DNA of 64,000 nucleotides from the NCBI GenBank assembly GCA_051439605.1, contig JBFRWN010000070.1, forward strand, positions 1-64,000, given 5' to 3'. Positions 1 through 8,682 of the stretch are shown here, one piece after another. The notes under the pieces were generated by a model, which saw only the letters and a program-made list of their open reading frames with translations, searched no databases and was not told the origin of the DNA. The position numbers and the translations under genes were made by a program. This stretch comes from Synechococcus sp. GTDB lineage: Bacteria; Cyanobacteriota; Cyanobacteriia; Thermostichales; PCC-7336. Numbering within the stretch: position 1 is the first letter of the stretch; every line of letters starts with the position of its first letter.

Positions 1-126
1 TATTTCAATTGGATTTGGCGTCATAGTCGAACGAAGGATACGGCAGCTCAACGAGCTGGAATAGCCTCTTGCTCTTGGTCTTGGCAGGATATGGTTGCCT
101 ATCCCACGTTTCTCTGAAGCACAACC
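1..126 (+). mobile_element. Right end of an IS1-family insertion sequence (transposase C-terminus plus terminal inverted repeat); runs off the left edge
   Basis: Frame +1 reads YFNWIWRHSRTKDTAAQRAGIASCSWSWQDMVAYPTFL* (stop 115-117), which resembles the C-terminus of cyanobacterial IS1-family transposases. It ends in TGAAGCACAACC (115-126; reverse complement GGTTGTGCTTCA, a GGT-starting IS1-like TIR), and unrelated FGE-domain coding sequence begins abruptly at 127. Confidence 0.75.
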
Positions 127-642
127 GAATTTTGCAAGCGTCTATCTAGGAAAGCTGATTGCGACTACCGCCTGCCGAGCGAAGCGGAATGGGAGTATGC
201 CTGTCGGGCGAAAACTCATTCACTATTTCATTTTGGGGAAACGATCGCGACGGAGCTGGTCAACTATCGCGGCACCGATCTTAAACAAGCGGATGTCGTT
301 TATCCGGGAAATTACGGTTTCGGTCCACGTGGAAAGTATCGAGAGGTGACGACGAAAGCAGGAAGCTTTTCTACGAATGGGTTTGGGTTGTTCGACATGC
401 ACGGGAATGTTTTGGAATGGTGCGCGGATTGGTGGCACGAATCATACGCAGGTGCGCCGCAAGGTGGAACTGCCTGGCAAGAAGGAGAACGAGAGGATTT
501 GCGGGTGCTGCGCGGAGGAACTTGGGGCACCCCCCCACAGGACTGCCGCTCGGCACTCCGATACCGGGACCCTCCAGACCTCAGGAGCGACTACGTCGGT
601 TTTCGGGTGGTGTGTTCCTCAGCGCAACCTCTTCTTCCCTGA
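127..642 (+). pseudogene. 3' part of an FGE-sulfatase (SUMF1/CLec-fold) domain gene, cut by the IS; probable DGR target
   Basis: The open frame from 127 reads EFCKRLSRK..YRLPSEAEWEYACRA..NGFGLFDMHGNVLEWCADWW..RVLRGGTW..CRSALR..GFRVVC. It has no proper start, and homology begins exactly at the IS end. Confidence 0.85.
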
Positions 643-914
643 ACCCTTTGAGACTCGGACTCTCTACATTCAGTATTAGTCATTAAAATATGAAGTAGGT
701 GTAGGGGCTCGCTGGAGTCAAACCTTGGAGATAGTGCTCATAGTGGCAGATGCCTCTATAGACTTTCAATGCACGACAATATAAGTGAGATGATTCAGCG
801 CTGCCTCACATCCACAACTGTGAGCGATGTCGATAGGAACGACATCGCTGAAAAAATTCCAACAGCATCCGATGGCCTCCTCCTTTCGCGCGTAAAATAT
901 TAGACAGGTTCAAG

Positions 915-1328
915 ATGGGGGAGAAATATTACATGAGGCACGATAAAGCGAGGCACATAGAAGTCATAGATGGAAGAAAGTCTTCGATCAAGAAGATTAA
1001 CCTTCTAATCGTTGTACGAATGGTATTCGGCTTATTAGTGGGAGGATATTTCCTCGTATCATTGAGGGCGGATGATTCAAAATATCAGTCCATGCAAAAA
1101 TGTACTATCAGATCCGAACAAGAATATAATTTGGGTGTCTGGAAGGCATCAAACGCAGTTAATCTTGGAGAAAAGGCAGCTTGGAGCGATGCACTGGATG
1201 CATGGAATAGAGCGATTCAACACATGCGTAAAGTGGAAAGGTGTAGCCGCTACTATTCACTAGCAGAAAGAAAAATATCCGAATATGAAGCGTCCCTCGA
1301 TGAAATCAACTCAAGAATTAACAATTGA
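915..1328 (+). CDS. Hypothetical membrane-anchored protein (one TM helix, helical/TPR-like C-terminus)
   Basis: 137-aa AT-rich ORF with a hydrophobic segment (LLIVVRMVFGLLVGGYFLV). Confidence 0.6.
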   Translation: MGEKYYMRHDKARHIEVIDGRKSSIKKINLLIVVRMVFGLLVGGYFLVSLRADDSKYQSMQKCTIRSEQEYNLGVWKASNAVNLGEKAAWSDALDAWNRAIQHMRKVERCSRYYSLAERKISEYEASLDEINSRINN

Positions 1329-1435
1329 GATATTTTCATGTTACTAAATCAATTTCTGATAGAAAACTACTTTAATTATAGATATACAAAATAATGGACA
1401 GTTATAGAAACTTGACTTAAGAATGAGATTAGGGA

Positions 1436-1863
1436 ATAGCATAAAGCTTGGACCTGCGAGAGCGGGTTGTGAAATACGTTTTCAGTGGTAACTCAGTCGA
1501 TGAAGCTGTAGAACGCTACGAAGTAAGCCGTGCCTCGATCTATCGATGGTTGGGGCGATAGGACTTGCGTGCGACAGTAGTGAAGCGTCGTCATCGTAAG
1601 CTGGAAGATAAGGCTCTGTCCCAGCAGATGCGAGAGTGCCCCAATGCTCGCCTGAAAGACCGTGCGGTCCACTTTGGGGGGCATCCCAGTGCGATTTCTC
1701 GGGCTCTTAAACTGCTCAAAATAACGCGCATAAAAAACAGTTTCGCTACCGGCAGGGCGACCCAGTCAAGCGACAACAATTTCTCAGTCGTCTGCGCCAA
1801 ATTATTAGAGAGCAAAGTAGTACAGATGTAGCCTATCTCGATGAGAGTGGCTTCGAACTAGAC
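1436..1863 (+). pseudogene. IS630-family (ISY100-like) transposase remnant
   Basis: Reads SLDLRERVVKYV..SRASIYRWLGR*DLRATVVKRRHRKL..LKITR, then shifts frame at an A-run (~1733-1738) to QFRYRQ..VAYLDESGFE. It has internal stops and is truncated just after the first catalytic Asp (DESG). Confidence 0.85.
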
Positions 1864-1899
1864 TATCCCTGCCTGTAAACCTCCCCAGAACAGGCCGAA

Positions 1900-2200
1900 T
1901 AAACGTTGCAATACTGTTTCGTTCCCTAAAACGATTAAATGGCCTAGGGAGTAACTTCAAGAGGTATCTGCAGGAAAACTCGCAGTAAATCCCGTTCTTC
2001 TGCAATCAGACGCTTGGCATACCAGTTCTATCCCCTAGGAATCTTTCCGGTCGTAACAAAGATATTGAGATCGGATGCCGAGATTGCCCTTTGCGAGGAG
2101 CCCAATCGGACACTGATGTTTTTTGCAGGCAGCACGAGCAATGCTGTTGCCAAGTTAATAATTGCACTGCAAGCAAATAATTTTGCAGCAGTACAGAAAA
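1900..2200 (-). pseudogene. DUF1400-like (cyanobacterial alpha/beta hydrolase N-domain) remnant
   Basis: The minus strand reads PAKNISVRLGSSQRAISASDLNIFVTTGKIPRG*NWYAKRLIAEERDLLRVFLQIPLEVTP* with several in-frame stops. Boundaries are approximate. Confidence 0.55.
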
Positions 2201-2225
2201 AATTGCCGAGCGGTTTTACGAATAC

Positions 2226-4292
2226 TTGCCTATCAGTCTCTGCTTGAATAGCAAGGAACACCATCCACGAAGCAGTATGCTTGCGAGACGTTTATTCGGC
2301 CACGATGCGGGAGAGAGTCTGTTGAGCGGGAACAACACATTGAAGCAATTGCAGCAATTCCAACTTAAGCAAGCAGTTAACTGGCTTTTCGTACTGCTTG
2401 TATCCATCGTCATATTCCTCAGTTCTTCGTTGTTCCAAGCTCTTCCAGGCTACGCACAATCATCTCCTAGCCTTCAGGTTATTTCTGGCCAGGTGGCAGA
2501 AGGTAGACCGTTAGCCTTCGAGCTCCCCAACCTGCAAACGGGAGAAATTCTGCAGGTGAACGCAAAAAGGCTCGATGGAAATTTGGACCCATTCATAGGC
2601 ATCCTGGCTGGGGATCTCGACATAGATAGCCTCGTGATTCAACTTGAAGCCGAGCTTGAACTTGCAATGGAGGAAGGTGGAGATCCGCTTGAAGCCATGT
2701 CCAGGCTTGCCGACAAGGAATTTCTCGCCTGGAATGACGATGGTGGGTCGGGTTATGGGTCAGATTTGACATTTGCCGTGCCGCAAAGCGGTAGCTATCA
2801 GCTATTCGCGATCGGTTCGCCTTTTACCAATTCATCTGGAACTGTTCAACTAACTTTAGGTTTGAACAATAGCGAGCCGCTCAGTGACTTACTTGAACGC
2901 GCGGAACGCGAAGGCAAAGATGTTGGGAGTCTGAGCTACGGCGATTCAATTCTTCTCAGCAGAGAGATATTAGCTGAACAAACTAGCAGAGTTGAAGAAA
3001 TATCTGGACGCTTATCAGAAGATAAAACAAGCACGTTCTTTCTGCTCAATCGGCTTCAGCAGGGACAAACCCTATACGCATACGTTGAATCTACAGACGG
3101 AAATCTCAAACCCATTTTATCTTTACGAGATTACGGGGACAAAATCTTGCGGAGTGCTAATCATTTTGGGAAGTCTACATCCGGGCAATTAAGCTATGAG
3201 GTCGACGATACCGACGGTCTAAATTTCCAACTAGAAGTTAACAGAGGAGAAATCGCTGATCTACAAACTGCCGGAGAGTTTCGTTTGCTGGTGGGAATCG
3301 ACGAACCCGATGTTTTAAGCGGAGCTGCTGAGGCCACGGGTGATTCAATTCTGTTAAAACCAACTCAGGTTGACATAGGCTTGAAAATTCACCAAATTAC
3401 AGAGATCGACCAACAAGCTGAAAATTTTGGAATAGTAGCCAGTCTTAAGCTGGAATGGAATGACCCAGCTCTTGCATTTAGCCCAGATACTTGTCAATGT
3501 CGTTTCAAGGAATATACGATCGAACAATTTTCTAATCTATTAGACCAGAACAATAGAATCTGGCCAAGTTTTACACTTTACAACCAACAAGGCAGAAGGT
3601 TTATTCAGAATCAAGCATTTATCCTTTACCCATCTGGAGATGTTCAATATTTCGAGCGATTTTCAGTCACATTGCAGGCTCCTGACTTTTACTTTCGTTC
3701 TTTTCCATTTGATACTCAAAAGTTTTTTGTCAAAATTACATCGCTATATCCAGACGAATTCTTTCAGTTTAGAGCGTTAGAGGGGTTTAGTGGGTTAGGC
3801 GATCGGCTTGGCGAAGAGGAGTGGGTACCTACATCTTTTTCAACATCTGTTTCGAGTGTGTTGTCGGGGACAACAGAGCTTGTATCGTCAGAGTTTTCTA
3901 GCACAATTGTTGCCCACCGCCATCTTAACTTCTATGTACTCAGAATATTTATTCCCATTGGTATCATCATTTTTGTATCTTGGCTGCCCGGATTCCTTGG
4001 TGACTTTAGCAAGCGAATCGATATTGCCAATGGTACGCTATTGCTCTTTATTGCTTTTAACTTTACGATCTCGAACGATTTACCAAGATTAGGTTATTTG
4101 ACATTTCTAGATATCCTATTGCTGTGCACGTTCATCCTGACTGCATTGACGTTAATCTATAACGTTATCCTCAAAAGACTAGAATCAGTAGGGAAGGGCA
4201 TGTTGGTCAATCAGATCGATAACATCACAATATGGTTGATCCCGATGATCTACTTCTTGTCTTACGCGACTATTGCAATTATATTTCTTTAA
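2226..4292 (+). CDS. Prokaryotic pentameric ligand-gated ion channel (Pro-loop/Cys-loop superfamily) with two extra N-terminal beta-sandwich domains, DeCLIC-like
   Basis: Ligand-binding domain motifs KPTQVDIGLKIHQITEIDQQAENF, EWNDPALAF, IWPSFTLYN and the Pro-loop FRSFPFDTQ are followed by four TM helices (RHLNFYVLRIFIP.., DLPRLGYLTFLD). It has an N-terminal signal/TM and two repeated PPC-like domains (DGNLDPFIGI / DGNLKPILSL). The true start may lie downstream of 2226. Confidence 0.9.
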   Translation: MPISLCLNSKEHHPRSSMLARRLFGHDAGESLLSGNNTLKQLQQFQLKQAVNWLFVLLVSIVIFLSSSLFQALPGYAQSSPSLQVISGQVAEGRPLAFELPNLQTGEILQVNAKRLDGNLDPFIGILAGDLDIDSLVIQLEAELELAMEEGGDPLEAMSRLADKEFLAWNDDGGSGYGSDLTFAVPQSGSYQLFAIGSPFTNSSGTVQLTLGLNNSEPLSDLLERAEREGKDVGSLSYGDSILLSREILAEQTSRVEEISGRLSEDKTSTFFLLNRLQQGQTLYAYVESTDGNLKPILSLRDYGDKILRSANHFGKSTSGQLSYEVDDTDGLNFQLEVNRGEIADLQTAGEFRLLVGIDEPDVLSGAAEATGDSILLKPTQVDIGLKIHQITEIDQQAENFGIVASLKLEWNDPALAFSPDTCQCRFKEYTIEQFSNLLDQNNRIWPSFTLYNQQGRRFIQNQAFILYPSGDVQYFERFSVTLQAPDFYFRSFPFDTQKFFVKITSLYPDEFFQFRALEGFSGLGDRLGEEEWVPTSFSTSVSSVLSGTTELVSSEFSSTIVAHRHLNFYVLRIFIPIGIIIFVSWLPGFLGDFSKRIDIANGTLLLFIAFNFTISNDLPRLGYLTFLDILLLCTFILTALTLIYNVILKRLESVGKGMLVNQIDNITIWLIPMIYFLSYATIAIIFL

Positions 4293-4506
4293 ACTGCAAA
4301 GTTAAAGTATCGATTGGACGTCCATCGCTACTTAATCAGATTGGTTGCTGATGGGAATAGCAAAGAATACAGATCGCTACATTATGTAAATGAATCCGGC
4401 CTGTTCGGTTATTTGTCCAATACTTGTAATGAAAGCCGAACCTAAAAACCTTGCTTAAGGAGTTCTAAGTTATCCAATATTAATTCGCTACTCTAGTGAA
4501 AAATAA

Positions 4507-4545
4507 TTGCGGTAATCCGAATCCAATTGGTTCGGAATACTGAAT
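4507..4545 (+). promoter_or_regulatory. Tandem K-box-like elements upstream of hsp20
   Basis: TTGCGG-TAAT-CCGAAT and GTTCGG-AATA-CTGAAT resemble the cyanobacterial heat-shock K-box GTTCGG-NNAN-CCNNAC. Confidence 0.4.
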
Positions 4546-4652
4546 ATCCATTCATCTTTCTGACAGCTATTGTTGTTGTTGTTCGAGGGTAAATACACTT
4601 GTATGAACCCACTACTCCCTCAATTATTGAATTGTTCCAGGAGATGACAGAC

Positions 4653-5099
4653 ATGACATTAGTACGCTGGAATCCCGCTCGAGAAATCGAATTGATTCGC
4701 CACGAACTCGATCGCGCCTTTGGACTGACTAGCGATAGTACTTATCAAACACAGGACTCTTCCTCTGCCCTGCAGGTTTGGGAAACCGCTGACGCCTATT
4801 TAGCCCGACTGGTCATTCCCGACGCTGAAGCGGATAGTTTCAATATTGAAGCGTTCCCCTACGGCTTGGCGATTAGCGGAAAGGTTAACTACAAGGCTCC
4901 CGAGGGCGCAAAGCTGGTATACGGCAATTCAAGCGAGGGGGAATTTAGCCGCAAGTTCCGCGTCGCTACCCAAATCGAGACAGATAACGTAGTGGCTGAT
5001 TACGATAGTGGCATCCTAAGCGTAACTTTACCAAAACTGAAAACCTCTCGTGTTGTAAAGGTCGCAGTCAATGGTGCAAAAGACTCAATAGAGAATTAA
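4653..5099 (+). CDS. hspA: Hsp20/alpha-crystallin small heat shock protein
   Basis: MTLVRWNPAREIE..., WETADAY, EFSRKF, VADYDSGILSVTLPK. The start is placed at ATG 4653 by family N-terminus (ORF track gives 4599). Confidence 0.9.
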   Translation: MTLVRWNPAREIELIRHELDRAFGLTSDSTYQTQDSSSALQVWETADAYLARLVIPDAEADSFNIEAFPYGLAISGKVNYKAPEGAKLVYGNSSEGEFSRKFRVATQIETDNVVADYDSGILSVTLPKLKTSRVVKVAVNGAKDSIEN

Positions 5100-5150
5100 C
5101 CCGCAATTCCATACTCCTACTTGCAGTCTTAACCCAGTAACTTAAACCAC

Positions 5151-5185
5151 AGCCCCAGCCCTGTTTTCAGGCTGGGGCTTTTTTC
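5151..5185 (+). terminator. Intrinsic terminator after hsp20
   Basis: AGCCCCAGCC..GGCTGGGGCT stem followed by a T-run. Confidence 0.85.
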
Positions 5186-5312
5186 TGGATGAGTTTCTGG
5201 GGCTGCGTCAAAATACGGCCCAAACGTCTGATAAGATACTTAAGCTGAAAGTAGCCAAGTGCTGCACCTGTACCGAGGTTCACTCGCATCGGTTCTGGAA
5301 AATAGCGCCTCT

Positions 5313-5400
5313 GGAGAGGTGGCCGAGTGGTCGAAGGCGCAGCACTGGAAATGCTGTGTAGCGTAACCCGTTACCGTGGGTTCGAATCCCACCCTCTCCG
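5313..5400 (+). tRNA. trnS: tRNA-Ser(GGA)
   Basis: GGAGAGG..CCTCTCC acceptor stem, D-loop GAGTGGTCGAAG, anticodon arm CAGCA-CTGGAAA-TGCTG, long variable arm, T-loop GGTTCGAATCC and discriminator G. No CCA is encoded. Confidence 0.97.
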
Positions 5401-5429
5401 TTTTAATCCTTGAAATTAAACTCTCGATT

Positions 5430-5458
5430 CCCCTCCAGATGAAACAGGAGGGGCTTCT
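5430..5458 (+). terminator. Hairpin downstream of tRNA-Ser
   Basis: CCCCTCC..GGAGGGG stem followed by CTTCT. Confidence 0.55.
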
Positions 5459-5489
5459 ATAGATTCCTTAGCCAGGGGTCATTAGATTC

Positions 5490-5819
5490 CTAATTACAGT
5501 TTGCAGTATCCCGATTTGCATGAGGATATTTGCCCGTCATGAACATGGCACGAAATGGACTACACAAGGGATAGTAGGAAACTGCATTTGGAAGAACCAA
5601 GCTTTCCTTTGCAAAACGGTCTAGATGTGGCGTGACGACGGGATCCTCGTTCAGAAAACCAAGTGCCTGCCCTCTCATCTGATCGGGAAACACAATGACC
5701 AGGTTGGGACGTTCTCGGCTTGTGTCTCCTCTTTTTGATGTTGAACAAGATCCAGCTATGGCCGCCGCGACAGATATGGTAGCTGTCTGTTTCAAAAAGT
5801 CTCGCCTGGATAGTTTCAC
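5490..5819 (-). pseudogene. Truncated Tat-exported sulfatase (N-terminal ~110 aa only)
   Basis: Tat motif SRRDFLK, RPNLVIVFPDQMR, TPHLDRFA and the active-site motif CSPFRAMFMTGKY are present. It stops at 109 aa (sulfatases are ~450-550 aa) and there is no room for the rest before the tRNA. Confidence 0.85.
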
Positions 5820-5983
5820 GATCTGTTCCTACCCTATCGATTCGTGTCCGAATCATTATTTATGTCCTACATCAGTCTATTTCCCATTTATTTACAAAAT
5901 GTAGCAAGTACCGAGATTCCAAAATACTTAAAATTCTTAAAAAAAACAGTGTGTATATATAATCTCTTAAAAAGCTAAACTGT

Positions 5984-6874
5984 TTATATTATTTTGCTGT
6001 CATTCTCTGGCTCCATATGATTTCTCAATTCTTCCTTGATTCGCTGATATTGCATCGTCGTATATTTATTCTGGTGACCCAACAAGGATTGTAGTTTTGC
6101 TATAGCTAACGTTCCAGCTCGCTCCATTGCAAAAGTATGTCTCAAATCCTGAATGTGAACTCCCTGCAAGGCTGGGCAGTCTTCTGTGATGGTGCGCCAC
6201 TGTTGATGAACTCTGCGATAACTGAGTCGGGTGACGGTACCGGTGATGGGGTGTTGGGATGTGAATAAAGCTTGGTGTTTCCGATGGCGGTAATACTGCA
6301 GGTATTTTTTCAACAGCTGCGTTAGGTCTTCGCTGTAGTAGCACCAACGAGACTGCTTTCCTTTCCCTATTACGGGGAATCGATGTTGCTGCAAATCCAG
6401 TTCTTCCACATCGACTGCCAGTAGCTCCGATAGTTTGACTCCAGTGTTGTAAAGCAGTCTGAGCAAGGTATGCATGCGACTGTCTTTGCTCGTGACTCGG
6501 AACAGCGTCTGCAACTGCTCTGGGCTGAGTTGGCGGATTGGTCGATTGCCTAAGCCCGATCGATGTCCAGCAGGAGAATATCGCTTGCCACGACGCTGGA
6601 CTTCAAGAGGGTTGGTTTGAATATAGTCGCGATCGACAGCGAAGTTGAGCAGGGCTAGAAGAATGGCACGATGTCGTTTCAGCGTCGTTTTAGAGAGTTC
6701 GCCCCGGCTAGACAAGTACTGTTCGATCACTACCCGATCTAGCTTTTCAATGCTGTGTCGTCCATATTCTTCTAATAGGGGTAATAACGCTACTTCGTAT
6801 GAATCAACCGTGCTTTTAGCTAGATTGGGTCGATCTAAAAACTCTGTAGCAACAGTGGCTAGTGGGATAGACAC
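5984..6874 (-). CDS. Tyrosine recombinase/integrase family protein with substituted catalytic residues
   Basis: N-terminal SAM-like domain, LLYNTGVKLSELL, VIGKGKQSR, IQDLRHTFA and LLGHQNKYTTMQY. Likely start is GTG 6874 (ORF track gives 6931). Confidence 0.88.
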   Translation of the reverse strand: MSIPLATVATEFLDRPNLAKSTVDSYEVALLPLLEEYGRHSIEKLDRVVIEQYLSSRGELSKTTLKRHRAILLALLNFAVDRDYIQTNPLEVQRRGKRYSPAGHRSGLGNRPIRQLSPEQLQTLFRVTSKDSRMHTLLRLLYNTGVKLSELLAVDVEELDLQQHRFPVIGKGKQSRWCYYSEDLTQLLKKYLQYYRHRKHQALFTSQHPITGTVTRLSYRRVHQQWRTITEDCPALQGVHIQDLRHTFAMERAGTLAIAKLQSLLGHQNKYTTMQYQRIKEELRNHMEPENDSKII

Positions 6875-6954
6875 ATTTATATTTAGATAAGTTGTCTGGA
6901 CATATTCTGTACTATAACTATACTTCCTCAATAGAAGCGATCGAGTAGCCTTTC

Positions 6955-7419
6955 ATGCTGTCTACAGATGCAGACAAACTTCCACAGCCAGGGGAATCTC
7001 TGGCTGCGTACTTGCGGCGATTGCGGATGGATTTGGGGTTCACCCAGAAGGAGGTGGCTGGCAAAGCAGGGATTCACCTGCAAAGCCTTGGAAAGTTGGA
7101 ACGTGGCATCACCTCGCGCTTGAACAGCAAATCCAAGACGGGTTTGGCGATCGCCCTCCAAATCCCCATCGACTATTTCGAAGCTGTGGTGCGAGGAGTC
7201 GATGTCGAGGAGTCAACAGAACTCAAGTTTTGTCCCACCTGTTGGCAGCCAGGAACCCAACCCGACCCGTTATGGAAGCATTCTAGAGCCAAGTTTTGTT
7301 TTGCCTGCGGGACACAATTACGGACTCAGTGCGTGAGCTGCAACGAGCCCATTACTTCTCTCAAGCACCGCTTTTGCCCCTTTTGCGGTACCCCTTACAA
7401 ACAAAAAACGCCCTCCTAA
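6955..7419 (+). CDS. XRE-family HTH regulator with C-terminal double zinc ribbon
   Basis: LRRLRMDLGFTQKEVAGKAGIHLQSLGKLERG plus four CxxC pairs (CPTC, CFAC, CVSC, CPFC). Divergent from the recombinase. Confidence 0.9.
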   Translation: MLSTDADKLPQPGESLAAYLRRLRMDLGFTQKEVAGKAGIHLQSLGKLERGITSRLNSKSKTGLAIALQIPIDYFEAVVRGVDVEESTELKFCPTCWQPGTQPDPLWKHSRAKFCFACGTQLRTQCVSCNEPITSLKHRFCPFCGTPYKQKTPS

Positions 7420-7518
7420 TGGGAGAGCGATGCTGAAAGTCGATACTAGCGCTCGTATCGACCTAATAGTGCTGCGATCGGCGATCGAATCAGTGCCCTT
7501 GGCAACGTTTTAAAAGCA

Positions 7519-8139
7519 CTAACAAGACAATCTATCAAACGGGTTAGTTTGAAGGACGTAAGGTTGGTTTGCCACTGTATATTCGTCACTATATTGTACT
7601 AAAAAAGATTTTATTGCTTCCGCTGGATACATTATTGCGTTTGTAGTGCTTCCAACCAAAGGTGGGGAATCTGAGAAGAAATTATAAGCAGGATAACTCT
7701 CCGGATCGACTGACCAGATGTAAAATTTATCGGCAGAAAGCCTGACAAGATAGAATTCGTGAGCACCGCTACCCCCTGTGCCGCTTAGATCCACATCTTG
7801 TTGTAAGGACGCGACGTAGAGGTTATTTTGCTGAGGAATTTTGGAGATCGATACTTGACCATTGGCAACGGTTGTTTGCTCGGCATCTTGATGGCTAGCC
7901 TTACAAAAATAGACAAATAATTCTCCCTCTTCTTCGGTCAGCTTCACGGTTCTTCCGTTCCGATCGCTGATGATATCTGTGAACGTATCGAGCTCTGAGC
8001 CTGAGACCGTAGTTTCAGTAAATACTACTGGCCGATCGCTTTTGACGATGCAGGACGCAAGGAGCAAAGAGCATATCGCTCCTGAGAAGATGATTTTCGA
8101 GCGATCGATTATCTTCCGAGAGAAAGTATGCATTTCCAA
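7519..8139 (-). CDS. Hypothetical lipoprotein
   Basis: 206-aa ORF with a lipobox-like LLLASC. Confidence 0.7.
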   Translation of the reverse strand: MEMHTFSRKIIDRSKIIFSGAICSLLLASCIVKSDRPVVFTETTVSGSELDTFTDIISDRNGRTVKLTEEEGELFVYFCKASHQDAEQTTVANGQVSISKIPQQNNLYVASLQQDVDLSGTGGSGAHEFYLVRLSADKFYIWSVDPESYPAYNFFSDSPPLVGSTTNAIMYPAEAIKSFLVQYSDEYTVANQPYVLQTNPFDRLSC

Positions 8140-8349
8140 CCCAGATTAACTGTATTCAGAATTGCTATTGAGCTGGCCGGCACTTAACGTAAGCAAGTAG
8201 AGCCACTTAGTTAGGATATCAATCGCAGGAGCTCCCCAAGCTAACCATTACTTTTTAAGCCAGATTAACAGCGCAAAAATTCCCAGCAACAGTGCTTCTG
8301 TCCCCAACAAGCCATTCAGGATTCGGGCATCTTCCGGATCGAGGATGAA

Positions 8350-8682
8350 CTACGATCGCAGGAGCGTGTAGGGTACAAACTGCAGCAGCAGGATACCGCC
8401 AAATAACAGCCATATCGACCCACTCATCCCTCTCCACAACGCGATCGCAGTAACGATGTCGAACCAAAGTAACGCGATATCCATCTCTCGCCACAGGAGT
8501 GGAGTGGATAGCCAGGGTGTGCCTAAAACCCCACCCATGTTGCCAATGTGGACGCTGGCTCCGTAGAGAAGCACGATCGCTAAAACTTTGGCGTACCGAG
8601 AGGTCCAAGGGTGTTGCAGGGCAGATGCGATCGTTTTGGTCAAAGGGTGATTCAGAACCATGATGTCAAATGCGATTCCCAT
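8350..8682 (-). CDS. Hypothetical small membrane protein (possibly 3'-truncated)
   Basis: Three hydrophobic helices; overlaps the stop of the upstream kinase-like gene. Confidence 0.6.
   Translation of the reverse strand: MGIAFDIMVLNHPLTKTIASALQHPWTSRYAKVLAIVLLYGASVHIGNMGGVLGTPWLSTPLLWREMDIALLWFDIVTAIALWRGMSGSIWLLFGGILLLQFVPYTLLRS

Noticed and set aside
823..849. Perfect 10-bp hairpin AGCGATGTCG/CGACATCGCT as the DGR target-recognition hairpin
   Set aside because: It lies ~180 nt past the variable region, farther than expected; it is more likely a terminator or unrelated.
127..5819. Functional link between the FGE-sulfatase domain gene and the sulfatase fragment
   Set aside because: The FGE-like domain lacks the catalytic Cys pair of true formylglycine-generating enzymes and looks like a CLec binding module. 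Both genes are broken and 5 kb apart.
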